Assembly (NCBI GenBank): GCA_949295325.1
Contig: CASFKG010000001.1
Coordinates: 263,665-327,664 of the forward strand
Reading direction: 5' to 3'
Source of the DNA: an uncultured bacterium
Lineage (GTDB): Bacteria; Bacillota_I; Bacilli_A; RFN20; CAG-826
DNA length: 64,000 nt
A model generated the notes under the pieces. That model saw nothing but the letters and a program-made list of their open reading frames with translations, did not search any database and had not been told where the DNA came from. Positions 28,133 through 37,683 of this stretch are shown here, in pieces (within the stretch, counting starts at the first letter, position 1; each line of letters opens with the position of its first letter). The position numbers were made by a program, and so were the translations under genes.

Positions 28133-29539
28133 CTAATTCGTGTAAGGACTGCTGAGTGGATTTTCACCAAATCTTGACATCTCTATATTAGCCGGGCCGA
28201 TTATGACTATCTTTACTTTGTCTTCTTTAATCGTCGGATAATACATAACGCTCATGTACTTTTGCCCATCATTGAAGAAGAGTTCAAGAACATATGAGTC
28301 TATATAGGCCTCTATTGAAGTTAATCCATTAGGGAATTCAATGAAACGCTCGGTTCCCGTATATAGGCCTGATTTTGCTACTTCTCTATCGTCTCTTATC
28401 AGCATGATCCCCAGATTAGTGTTGGGATCATATTCGAAATCAATCCCGCCATGGGGGTTTGAGAAGAAGGTTGCCTTGAAATCCCCCTTGATCTCGCTGA
28501 ATCTTATTCTGGAATTCGAAGGTACGGCAAACTCATTAGAAGTAACTTGTTTGCTCTCCCCAAAATAATCGTTAATCGATGGATAAGGCCTTTGCCTGAG
28601 TTGGCCGTTCTCCACACTAAGCAGGCGCGGCAAGGCCATACAACCCAGGTAACCAGAAAGTTCCCTGGTGGGAATCTTGTCGAAGTCCTTGCCCCATAGG
28701 GACAACCAAGCGGTTAAGGCCCCTTGCCCGTTGCCAATATCGGTTCCTTGGGCGGCGTAATAGTCAAAACCGCTATCTAGGTCAAATGGCTCGGATTCTG
28801 GTATGAATCTAAGGCCATCGCTTATATGACCTAGAATGCCAATATTGTTTTGATCGTTCTGAAATATATAACCTTTCCTCTTAAGGCCAATGGGGCTAGA
28901 TATCAATAGAACGTAATCCGACAAGAACAACAGGCAGGGACACTCGAACATATATAAGGAGTCGTCCTGGTAGAATACGCTTTTATAAATAGCCTTCTCT
29001 CCTTTAAGTTCGTATAAAAGGATGCGTCCCCTTTTATGCGTGTCCATTGCCCCGATGATGAAATACGTCTTTCCCTTGTAAGAGAAAACATAGGGATCGC
29101 GGAAGCTATCTTCCTGTATCCATTCAGGGGGATAGGCTACCGGATTATCCGGAATCTGATGGAAGAGTCCGTCATTGCCCAACTTGGCCAAAGCGAAAGT
29201 CTGTTTGTTCTCTTCCGCTGCGGCATAGGCAAGGTATTTTTGTCCATTATATGAATAGCTGCTTCCCGACCAGCATCCCCCAAACGCCTTTCCTATGCCT
29301 TCATATGGAAATTTAGGCATTAGCTTTACGCCTTCGTCCTTGTAAACAACCAGATCCTTTGAAGTAGCAAGCCTCCAGGAAAGGAAGGATGGATGAGCAA
29401 TCAGGTCATGGTATTGATAGTAAAGGTAAAAGATTCCATCTTTTCCTAAGTGAAAACCATTGGGGTCGTTCATCCACCCTTCAGGTGGAGTTAAATGATA
29501 TAAGGGTCTAAATCTGTCCATGTCAAAATCATTAAACAA
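28133..29539 (-). CDS. GH32 beta-fructofuranosidase (sucrose-6-phosphate hydrolase/levanase family)
   Basis: WMNDPNG catalytic motif near the N-terminus; 468 aa. Confidence 0.85.
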   Translation of the reverse strand: MFNDFDMDRFRPLYHLTPPEGWMNDPNGFHLGKDGIFYLYYQYHDLIAHPSFLSWRLATSKDLVVYKDEGVKLMPKFPYEGIGKAFGGCWSGSSYSYNGQKYLAYAAAEENKQTFALAKLGNDGLFHQIPDNPVAYPPEWIQEDSFRDPYVFSYKGKTYFIIGAMDTHKRGRILLYELKGEKAIYKSVFYQDDSLYMFECPCLLFLSDYVLLISSPIGLKRKGYIFQNDQNNIGILGHISDGLRFIPESEPFDLDSGFDYYAAQGTDIGNGQGALTAWLSLWGKDFDKIPTRELSGYLGCMALPRLLSVENGQLRQRPYPSINDYFGESKQVTSNEFAVPSNSRIRFSEIKGDFKATFFSNPHGGIDFEYDPNTNLGIMLIRDDREVAKSGLYTGTERFIEFPNGLTSIEAYIDSYVLELFFNDGQKYMSVMYYPTIKEDKVKIVIIGPANIEMSRFGENPLSSPYTN

Positions 29540-29969
29540 ACTGGGGGTATATAGGCAAGAGCAAATTATTAATTCTTTTGCCGAAGGTATTCTTCATATC
29601 TATTTTGATAATCCGGCCAATTGTCTGAGTTGGTCCCTAAATCCTTTGCCATTCCATTGACAATATTTCAACATATCCCGCCCATAGTTAATAAAAGGAG
29701 AAAAAACTACTAGGCTTATCCCCAATTCGAAAAAACATCCCTCAAGGTAATGCGCATAAATTTCAATGCTGTCCTAAAGCATGCCCTTAGCATGGCAATT
29801 GTTCACTCTTATCGTACTGCAATACTCTCAGGAAATAATCCCAACTCAACGGTATATAGTTCAACCGGTCTTGATTAAAGCATTGGATTTACTGTGAAAA
29901 GCGTAAAATGCTCAATAGAAAAAGCCGACGGAAATACCCTCGGCGAAAAATCCATTGAAAATCTAAAAA

Positions 29970-30431
29970 CTAGATAGAGAACTTTTCCTTATAGGAGTCG
30001 AGAAGGTGTTCGTCCTTGGCAGAGAATACCGGTAGATCTATCAGCTTGGCATAAACGGTAGCAACCCCGTCGAGTTCGGTCTCGGCAATCACCGATTCGG
30101 CATTGGCAGCCACGACGGCAAGGATGTCTTCGAGATTCACCGTTTCGAAAATCGGCATCACAAAGAGCCGGCGACCGATACCCTTGAAGGCCTCGACGTC
30201 TCCCCTCGTGACGTCGGCCGGATTCCCGATGAACATGACCGTCTTGGAACGACTGGCCTTCGCCCTCCGCATGGCGGGGGAAACATAGCCGTTGGCCAAG
30301 GCTTCCTCCCAAACCCTCTTCTTCAGGTCGATGCTGATGTCGTCGCCGTTTCTGATGCTGCGGCTGACCGCGGTAACCGAGATGCCCAGTTTATCCGCGA
30401 TTCTCTTAAGTCCTTTGTTTTGTTCGTCCAT
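29970..30431 (-). CDS. Short LacI-type HTH protein (153 aa), possibly a 3'-truncated LacI-family regulator
   Basis: N-terminal LacI HTH LKRIADKLGISVTAVSRSIRNGDDISIDLKKRVWEEALANGYVSPAMRRAK. Only about 90 residues follow the HTH, versus about 270 for a full LacI core. Confidence 0.55.
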   Translation of the reverse strand: MDEQNKGLKRIADKLGISVTAVSRSIRNGDDISIDLKKRVWEEALANGYVSPAMRRAKASRSKTVMFIGNPADVTRGDVEAFKGIGRRLFVMPIFETVNLEDILAVVAANAESVIAETELDGVATVYAKLIDLPVFSAKDEHLLDSYKEKFSI

Positions 30432-30714
30432 ATTGGGGAGCCTCCTAGTTCAATGGAACTTTATTTTTATCTTAATTGAATTCTTGGAAAAATCAATAAA
30501 TGTTTCGGCTATTTTTAATAAATTTACATATACATTTCTTATAGGGGTCAAAGCATACCCAATTTACCTTTTAAACTCCTTTTCTATGATTCGTTTTATG
30601 CGTTTTTATCTGTTTTTTATGCAATCTGTCCCCAAAAACAGCGTTTAATACAAAATGTAACAAAAAGAGGACGCCTATTTTCTTTAAAACAAAAAAGGGG
30701 GATTTACGTGGATA

Positions 30715-31707
30715 TTGACATATGTCCGATTAGGCGTTTTCCTTTGCGGGATGGAAAACTTCGAACAAGACCTTAGTCAGACCCCCGACCTGAAGTATGC
30801 GTCTACGGCGCAAGTCGTTAAAAGCGGGATCCTCGGCTTCTTCGTCGGCCTGGCGGTCATCGTTCCGGGCGTATCCGGGTCCGCCGTTGCAATCATCTTC
30901 AAGCTCTATGAGAAACTGCTATACGCGATCGGCAATCTATTCAGGCGCTTCAAGCTTTGTTTGCTCTTCCTCCTCCCTATCCTAGTGGGGGCAATCCTGG
31001 GGTTCGTTCTAGGCTTCTTCGGCGTCCAGCAACTACTTGGCGTATTGCCATTTGCCACGGTAGCCCTGTTCGCCGGACTGATGCTGGGGGCCTACCCGGC
31101 GGTCATCAACGAAGTCAAAGGGCAAAAGCCCACCTCGTGGAGAATCGCCCTGTTCATCCTAGGCGTCGTTGTACCTCTTGGCTTAAGCGCGGTTTCGATC
31201 TACGCGAGCAACGGCACGAACAGCCTAGAAAACCTCCAGTGGTATCACTACATATTGTTCCTAGTCCTTGGCTACGGCATGGCTCTTACCCAACTAATTC
31301 CTGGGCTAAGTGCGACCGCCCTCCTCATGATGGTGGGCTATTTCTCCCCCATCATGGACTCGGTTTCCCTAACCTATTGGCAATCAAATCCGATGGTGTT
31401 CCTGGTGTATGTCTGCCTAGCTATAGGATTCCTGCTTGGGCTATTCACCTTGTCCAAGGGGATATCCCTATTGCTATCCAGATTCAGGGCACCTACCTTC
31501 TACTGCATCTGCGGTCTATCCCTAGGTTCCCTGATCACCATGTTCTATAACCCTGAGATACTGGTTACTTATTCCAACATGGGATTCAGCGATACGATGG
31601 ACTTCGTCGATTTCTTCCTCGGCCTTGCCCTATTCGCCGCTGGCGTTGCCGGGGCCTACTTCCTGGTGCGAATCGAAATGAGGAAGGATAAGGCATCCGT
31701 CCAGTAA
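30715..31707 (+). CDS. Polytopic membrane protein, DUF368-like (putative polyprenyl-phosphate transporter family). The start may be TTG at 30715 or ATG at 30751.
   Basis: Two internally repeated segments, VPGVSGSAVAI and IPGLSATALLM, resemble the duplicated PGxS(R)SG motif of DUF368. This is a weak call. Confidence 0.35.
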   Translation: MTYVRLGVFLCGMENFEQDLSQTPDLKYASTAQVVKSGILGFFVGLAVIVPGVSGSAVAIIFKLYEKLLYAIGNLFRRFKLCLLFLLPILVGAILGFVLGFFGVQQLLGVLPFATVALFAGLMLGAYPAVINEVKGQKPTSWRIALFILGVVVPLGLSAVSIYASNGTNSLENLQWYHYILFLVLGYGMALTQLIPGLSATALLMMVGYFSPIMDSVSLTYWQSNPMVFLVYVCLAIGFLLGLFTLSKGISLLLSRFRAPTFYCICGLSLGSLITMFYNPEILVTYSNMGFSDTMDFVDFFLGLALFAAGVAGAYFLVRIEMRKDKASVQ

Positions 31708-31749
31708 AACGGCAAAAACATCAAAAAGGTAGTCGGGGTTCCCCTTTCT

Positions 31750-32892
31750 TTAGGCCTCTAGCCACGTCTTCTTCTTAATCAACGGGATGTATTTCCCAAT
31801 CGCTTTGGATAAGATCTCACTAACATCCGTGTTCGCATAATCAGGAATTATGTCTTTTGGTTCCTTGTGTTCCTCGTACATATTCCTAACGAAAGTTATG
31901 GAATCCCTGATTGTCTTATAATCCACCCCGCCTAAGGCAATGGATCCATGCAATAGTCCTTCCTGCCTTTCGGTGGATGTCCTAATAAGCACCGCCGGGA
32001 ACTTGAGGATGGAACTTTCCTCCGTCAAGGTTCCGGAATCGCTTAATACCACATACGCATTCTTCTCCAACTTGCAGTAGTCGAAGAACCCAAAGGGCTT
32101 GTCTTCACGTATGTACTTCGATAAGGCGAATCCCCTCTGTTCCAACCTGTTCCTCGTCCTAGGATGGGTTGAAAACACCGCTGGCATTTTAAGCTCGTCG
32201 CAGATCTTGTTAAGCGCGGGCAATATTCTATAGAACTTGTCCTCTATATCCACGTTCTCTTCCCTATGGCAGGAGATAACGATGTACTTACCGGGTTCCA
32301 ATCCTTCCCTGGTCAGTATATCGGAGGATTCGATCTCCACCTTGTGCGCGTTTATAACCTCCCGCATGGGACTACCGGTCCTCAATAGCCAATCGGTCGA
32401 TAGGCCTTCGCTTACCAGGTTCTGGTAGGCATAACGGCTATAAGGCATGTTCAGATCGCTTATATGGTCCACGATGGTCCGGTTGGTCATCTCCGCGACA
32501 TTGAGGTCCCAGCAACGGTTGCCCGCTTCCATATGGAAAAGAGGGATCTTGAGGCGCCTCGCGCTTATCGCGGACAAAGCCGAATTCGTGTCGCCCAAGA
32601 TAAGCACGGCATCGGGTTGGGCCTTAAGAAGCAATTCATAGGACTTGGAGATTATCTGTCCCATCGTGTCGCCGAGGTCCTTGCCTACCGCGTCGAGGTA
32701 GTAGTCGGGCCTGCGCAAACCCAATTGCTCGAAAAAGATCTCATTGAGCTCGTAGTCGTAGTTCTGGCCCGTATGAACTAAGACGTGTTCGTAGTCCCTG
32801 TCCAGGCGCTTGATGACTTCGCTTAGCCTTATTATCTCGGGCCTGGTGCCCAAGATGGTCATGACCTTGTATCTTTTAGCCACGGACTTCAT
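31750..32892 (-). CDS. UDP-N-acetylglucosamine 2-epimerase (non-hydrolysing; WecB/Cap5G/FnlC-like)
   Basis: KVMTILGTRPEIIRLSEVIKRL...HTGQNYDYELNEIFFEQLGLRRPDYYL. The likely start is the MKSVAKRYKVMTILG Met at 32892, whose ATGA overlaps the upstream gene's stop; the longer ORF reaches 32946. Confidence 0.85.
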   Translation of the reverse strand: MKSVAKRYKVMTILGTRPEIIRLSEVIKRLDRDYEHVLVHTGQNYDYELNEIFFEQLGLRRPDYYLDAVGKDLGDTMGQIISKSYELLLKAQPDAVLILGDTNSALSAISARRLKIPLFHMEAGNRCWDLNVAEMTNRTIVDHISDLNMPYSRYAYQNLVSEGLSTDWLLRTGSPMREVINAHKVEIESSDILTREGLEPGKYIVISCHREENVDIEDKFYRILPALNKICDELKMPAVFSTHPRTRNRLEQRGFALSKYIREDKPFGFFDYCKLEKNAYVVLSDSGTLTEESSILKFPAVLIRTSTERQEGLLHGSIALGGVDYKTIRDSITFVRNMYEEHKEPKDIIPDYANTDVSEILSKAIGKYIPLIKKKTWLEA

Positions 32893-33983
32893 ACCTCCTC
32901 GAAATACGTATCGGGGTTTTCCTTGTCGAAGACCTCGTTGGCCCACATGAGGGTTATCGAGTCTTCCTTTCCCAAAGTGGTGATGCTATGGACGTATCCG
33001 GGGACGATATCCACGATCTTGAGGTGGTCCCCGTCCGCGGCTATCTCCCTCACCTCGGAGGTACCGACCTTCCGGAGCCTGATAAGGCACTTGCCCTTAA
33101 GCACGACGTACTTCTCGTGCTTGCTATGGTGGTAATGGTTGCCCTTCGTGATGCCGGGGTGCCCGACATTCACGGATATCTGCCCGGAATCGCTCTTGAA
33201 TATCTCCGTAAAACTGCCGCTGCTATCGCAATGGCTCAATAGATCCACCTCGATATCGTCGCAATACGAAAGGTAGGTGGAATACAAATCCTTGTAAAAA
33301 CCCTTCTGTTCATCCAAAAACAGGGTTTTGGGGAAGTCGCGGTACCTATTAAGGGCTTTGACTATATCCCCCAGCGTTTCGGTGTAATGGGGCTCGGCAT
33401 AAAGGATCTCGCCGCAGCCTTTTTTGTCCCCTTCCAAGGTATGGACAAGGCTCTTGCATACATCGTCGATGTACACGAAGTCGATGGGGCCGGCCTTCTC
33501 GTTCACCGTGATGGGAAGGCCGTGCGCCACGTTGTAGCAGAAAGTGCCGATCACCGAGTTGTAGGAGGGCCGGCACCATTTGCCGAAGACGTTGTAAAAA
33601 CGGTAAACGTATACGGGATATCCGCGCTCCCTATATAGGGAGAAGAGATAATCCTCTGCCTGCTTCTTGCTTTGGCCATAGAGATTGTCCAATACGGCCT
33701 GGACCGAACTCGCATAGACAAGGGGAGGCTTGTTCCCGGACTTGAGGCAGGCATCCCCGACCGCTTTGGTGAGGTTGACGTTCCCGTCGAAGAACTCCTC
33801 GGCCTCGAGGGGACGGTTGATTCCGGCGAGGTGGATGACGAAATCGGACTTGCTTACCAATCCCGGCAGTTCGTCGACCGTATTGTCCTTGTCGTAGCCT
33901 AGGACGTTATGTCCCTTTTCCCTGAGGAAAAGCGAAAGGTTTTTGCCGATGAACCCCTTATAACCCGTTATAAGGACGTTCAT
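32889..33983 (-). CDS. CapF/WbjC-like protein: N-terminal SDR plus C-terminal cupin
   Basis: MNVLITGYKGFIGKNL Rossmann N-terminus; cupin-like C-terminus with the histidines HCDSSGSFTEIF...HPGITKGNHYHH. Sits between an FnlA-like and an FnlC-like gene. Confidence 0.65.
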   Translation of the reverse strand: MNVLITGYKGFIGKNLSLFLREKGHNVLGYDKDNTVDELPGLVSKSDFVIHLAGINRPLEAEEFFDGNVNLTKAVGDACLKSGNKPPLVYASSVQAVLDNLYGQSKKQAEDYLFSLYRERGYPVYVYRFYNVFGKWCRPSYNSVIGTFCYNVAHGLPITVNEKAGPIDFVYIDDVCKSLVHTLEGDKKGCGEILYAEPHYTETLGDIVKALNRYRDFPKTLFLDEQKGFYKDLYSTYLSYCDDIEVDLLSHCDSSGSFTEIFKSDSGQISVNVGHPGITKGNHYHHSKHEKYVVLKGKCLIRLRKVGTSEVREIAADGDHLKIVDIVPGYVHSITTLGKEDSITLMWANEVFDKENPDTYFEEV

Positions 33984-35167
33984 AGGTTCCTGAACTCGTC
34001 TAAACGCCTTAGTTCCTTCTTCATCCCTTCGACGTCGAGGCGGGTAGTGTTATGGGAGGTATAGGAATCGGAGAAATCTAGTTTCTTGTTGCCCTTCTCC
34101 ACGTACATCTCGTAGTTGAGGTCGCGGTTGTCCGCCTTGATCCTGAAGAAGTTGCCTTCGACTTCCGCCCTGAGCATCTCTTCTTGGGTAACCAGGGTTT
34201 CGTACAGTTTCTCCCCGTGACGGGTACCGATGTATTCCACCCCATAGGGAGACTTGGTTAATTCAATTACGGCCTCAGCGAGGGTGCCTATCGTCGCCGC
34301 CGGAGCCTTCTGGACAAACAAATCGCCTTGTTCGCCGTGTTCGAACGCGAATAGGACCAGATCCACCGCATCCCCCAAGGTCATCATGAACCTCGTCATC
34401 TCGGGATTGGTAACGGTGATGGGCTTCCCTTCCTTGATTTGTTCTAGAAACAGGGGGATTACGCTTCCCCTACTGGCCATGACGTTCCCGTAACGGGTCA
34501 GGCAGAGCACCGTATCGCCCGCGAGGAGCTGCCGGCTCCTGGCGATGACGTTCTTCTCCATGAGGGCCTTGCTCATGCCCATCGCGTTTATCGGATAGGC
34601 CGCCTTGTCGGTGGAAAGGAATATGGCCTTCTTGACGTGGTTGTGGACGCAGGCCGATATGACGTTGTCGCTGCCGATGACGTTGGTCTTCACCGCTTCC
34701 ATGGGATAGAACTCGCAGCTCGGTACCTGCTTCAGGGCCGCGGCCGAGAAGACGTAGTCGACGCCCCGGAAGGCATAATCTATCGCGTTATAGTCGCGGA
34801 CGTCGCCTATATAGAACTTGAGTTTCTCCGACCCGTAATGCTTGCGCATGTCATCCTGTTTCTTTTCGTCGCGGGACAATATGCGTATTTCCTTTATGCC
34901 GGTTTTAAGGAACCTGTCGACCACCGCGTGGCCGAAACTGCCGGTACCGCCCGCGACAAGAATCGTCTTGCCGTCAAAGAGTTTATTGATGTCACCCATG
35001 GATAAATCATATCCCCGGTTGTCAAATCCATAAAGAAAATAGGAATCGGGAGAGAAAATCGATCCTTCGCCATCCCGAAAGTAAATGCACCGTATCCGGG
35101 TGGATTGGACATCCAATAAGGACGGAGTCCCGATTCCACCATCCCTTAGGGACTTAATCATTCCCAT
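33980..35167 (-). CDS. UDP-GlcNAc 4,6-dehydratase/5-epimerase (CapD/Cap5E/FnlA-like)
   Basis: KTILVAGGTGSFGHAVVDRFLKTGIKEIRILSRDEKKQ. The true start may be the internal MGDINKL Met at 34999, giving 339 aa. Confidence 0.75.
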   Translation of the reverse strand: MGMIKSLRDGGIGTPSLLDVQSTRIRCIYFRDGEGSIFSPDSYFLYGFDNRGYDLSMGDINKLFDGKTILVAGGTGSFGHAVVDRFLKTGIKEIRILSRDEKKQDDMRKHYGSEKLKFYIGDVRDYNAIDYAFRGVDYVFSAAALKQVPSCEFYPMEAVKTNVIGSDNVISACVHNHVKKAIFLSTDKAAYPINAMGMSKALMEKNVIARSRQLLAGDTVLCLTRYGNVMASRGSVIPLFLEQIKEGKPITVTNPEMTRFMMTLGDAVDLVLFAFEHGEQGDLFVQKAPAATIGTLAEAVIELTKSPYGVEYIGTRHGEKLYETLVTQEEMLRAEVEGNFFRIKADNRDLNYEMYVEKGNKKLDFSDSYTSHNTTRLDVEGMKKELRRLDEFRNL

Positions 35168-35183
35168 TGATTAAGATATCCCC

Positions 35184-35555
35184 GTGGACAAACCTACATC
35201 CCTTGAAGAAAAACTGGATAAGGCCAACGAGGACCTAAAGGAATGCATCGCTCAATTAGGCAGGCTGCCTAGAGGTTCGCTGCAGATATCCCGGATAAAC
35301 GGCACGGAGTATGTCTACCTCCGTTTTAGAAAGGACGGCAAGTCCACATCGACATACGTCGGCAAAAAGGACTCCCCCGCGGCCCTCAGGGCGGAACGCG
35401 ACGCCAACAAAGCCAAATTGCTGAAGTCCGAGATGAAGCTCCTAAGAAGCGAGATAAAGCGCCTTAAAAAGGAAATCAGGATCCTTTCTTCCTATGGAAG
35501 AAGGAAGCAATCCTCCCGTGATAGAGATAGGACAATCCCCCTAGATAGAACATAA
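35184..35555 (+). CDS. Hypothetical small coiled-coil protein (GTG start), divergent from the polysaccharide genes
   Basis: ORF only. It overlaps the 3' end of the flippase gene by about 80 nt and could be spurious. Confidence 0.2.
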   Translation: MDKPTSLEEKLDKANEDLKECIAQLGRLPRGSLQISRINGTEYVYLRFRKDGKSTSTYVGKKDSPAALRAERDANKAKLLKSEMKLLRSEIKRLKKEIRILSSYGRRKQSSRDRDRTIPLDRT

Positions 35556-37002
35556 CGAAGGCAAACCCCGCGATAAGGAAGTCAGCCCAAGAAGGCAAGT
35601 CCTTCAGGTACCCCCCGAAATACATAACCAAAGGGGCGACAATGCCCAAACACATGAATAGGGTGGGCAATATGCATTCCCTGAGGTACTGCCCGACGGG
35701 CAGTTTAAGTACCCTATAGGAATATGCGAGCCTTACCGCCGAGGTTAAAACGATGGGCAAGGCGAAACCGAAGAGTACTCCGTACACCCGCAGGTAATCG
35801 GGCAATAGATACACAAGAAGGATCGATATCGCTACCCCCAGTAACGCCATGCCCAAAGAGAACAAGGCGTCGAACCTATGCTTGCCGTAGGCCCGTTCCA
35901 CTTCGGTGGACAAGGACGTGGATAGGCTAGGCAGGAACAGCAGCAAGAACGAGAAACCCAATATGTAGACATCGCTTACCTGATTAGGGGAAAGGCTATC
36001 GCCGAGCCATAAGCAGATGAACGGATGGCCGCAGGCGATGAAACCGCCGGCGACCAATAGAAGCACGAGGCTTTGGGCTAGTGACCCCTTCTTCCACAAG
36101 GCTCCTATTTCGGCGGAGTTATCCAAAGCGGCCAAAGCATTGAGCGCGGGCGAAAAGGAATTGCCTATGGCCTTCGATATGAGCACTCCGTAGCTATAGA
36201 ACTGAAGGCCGTAGCCGAGGATGGTGACCGCAAGTCCCGCATCGTATATGAACCCGAGTATTACCCTGCCGGCGTTCGAATACAAAGTGGAAACGATGAC
36301 CGCGATGAATATATAGAAAGAAAACCTGTAAATGTCCTTGCCTTTGGAAAGGAGGTACTCCCTGTTTGGCAAGCGGAGGGGCAACCTGTCCTTGATCAAT
36401 GAAGATACCAGGAAGGTCATGTCCATCGCCAATACGCCTATCGACACCGAAAACGCGGTCATGATGATCCCCTGGCCGAGGGCAAGGGAGAGGACCGACA
36501 GCCCGATTCCCAGTACGTGGGTAAGTAAGAGGACCAACTGGTTGAAGGCGAAATGCCGCCGGTGGTAATGCTGCCAGGCAAACAAGGAAAAGAAGAAATC
36601 GACGGAACCGCTTATACCGAGTATCAGGATAAGTGCCCCGGCGGTATAGGCATCCCCCTCCACGGATATGACCGAGTACATGGTTAGCAAGCCGAGTAGC
36701 ACGGTCAGTGATGCCATGAGGAGCGCGGATAGGGCGAATAGGATCAAAAACGTCCCGTTGGTCTTCGCCAAATCGTCCTTGCCGCTTGCCCTAGTCATGA
36801 AACGGACATAGGCATTCTCGATCCCGAAAGACAGTAAAAGGAGGAAGGAGGCTATCGAGGAGGCGAAGAAATAAAGGCCGTTATCGTTGACCCCGACCTT
36901 GGAGAGAAGATAAGGCGGATAAAAGAGGGAAATGAGCAGATAAACCGCGAGCCGAAGATAGGTCGCGGCGATACCCCTTTTAATGGCCCTAGTTTCTTCC
37001 AT
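35476..37002 (-). CDS. Oligosaccharide flippase (Wzx/MOP family)
   Basis: 508 aa polytopic membrane protein between the sugar-nucleotide genes and the priming transferase. Confidence 0.65.
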   Translation of the reverse strand: MEETRAIKRGIAATYLRLAVYLLISLFYPPYLLSKVGVNDNGLYFFASSIASFLLLLSFGIENAYVRFMTRASGKDDLAKTNGTFLILFALSALLMASLTVLLGLLTMYSVISVEGDAYTAGALILILGISGSVDFFFSLFAWQHYHRRHFAFNQLVLLLTHVLGIGLSVLSLALGQGIIMTAFSVSIGVLAMDMTFLVSSLIKDRLPLRLPNREYLLSKGKDIYRFSFYIFIAVIVSTLYSNAGRVILGFIYDAGLAVTILGYGLQFYSYGVLISKAIGNSFSPALNALAALDNSAEIGALWKKGSLAQSLVLLLVAGGFIACGHPFICLWLGDSLSPNQVSDVYILGFSFLLLFLPSLSTSLSTEVERAYGKHRFDALFSLGMALLGVAISILLVYLLPDYLRVYGVLFGFALPIVLTSAVRLAYSYRVLKLPVGQYLRECILPTLFMCLGIVAPLVMYFGGYLKDLPSWADFLIAGFAFVMFYLGGLSYLYHGRIASFFHRKKGS

Positions 37003-37026
37003 CGCCCTATTCTAAATGCTATCGGG

Positions 37027-37683
37027 TTGAAGGTAGAGGCCATCTTGGGCAAAATATGTCGGGCCATGGTCTATTCGCTTCCCTTGGGAAAACGCTGCTA
37101 TCTCGCCTTCAAAAGGGGAGTCGACATATTCGGGTCGCTCCTCGGCCTCATAATCTGCTCGCCGGCGATGCTGCTTTGCGCGCTGCTCACCAAGGTCACG
37201 AGCAAGGGCCCCGTCATCTTCAAGCAAAAGAGGGTCGGCAAGGACCTGAGGGAATTCGACTGTTACAAGTTCAGGAGCATGTACGTCACCGCCCCGAACG
37301 TCGCCACCAGCCACCTGAACGTCGAAAGCCAGCAGAAAATGGTCACAAAGTGGGGCAAGATCATGCGGAAGACCTCCCTCGACGAGCTGCCCCAGCTTTT
37401 CAACATACTGAAAGGCGACATGTCGTTCATCGGACCCAGGCCGAGCCAGCCTAGGGGAATCGAAGACGACCTGATCGACGCGCGGCTTTCCTACGTGCCA
37501 AGCCCCGTCTTGGTAAGACCCGGCCTAAGCGGCTACGCCCAGATATACCTAAACCGCGACAACGATCCCGAAAGGAAGGCCAGATACGATGCCTACTACG
37601 TCGCCCATCTGAGCCTTTGGCTCGATATCAAGGTGTTCCTATTGTCCTTTCTGGTCCTATTCGGCTTTGAACCGGGCCGGTGA
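37027..37683 (+). CDS. Polyprenyl-phosphate sugar phosphotransferase (bacterial sugar transferase, WbaP/PglC C-terminal-domain type)
   Basis: KRCYLAFKRGVDIFGSLLGLIICSPAMLLCALLTKVTSKGPVIFKQKRVGKDLREFDCYKFRSM...SFIGPRP. Confidence 0.8.
   Translation: MKVEAILGKICRAMVYSLPLGKRCYLAFKRGVDIFGSLLGLIICSPAMLLCALLTKVTSKGPVIFKQKRVGKDLREFDCYKFRSMYVTAPNVATSHLNVESQQKMVTKWGKIMRKTSLDELPQLFNILKGDMSFIGPRPSQPRGIEDDLIDARLSYVPSPVLVRPGLSGYAQIYLNRDNDPERKARYDAYYVAHLSLWLDIKVFLLSFLVLFGFEPGR

Noticed and set aside
29970-30312. A 107-aa arginine-rich ORF on the same strand as the LacI-like gene, in another frame
   Set aside because: It is an out-of-frame overlap with a gene that has a clear LacI-type HTH, and its composition is a frame-shift artefact.
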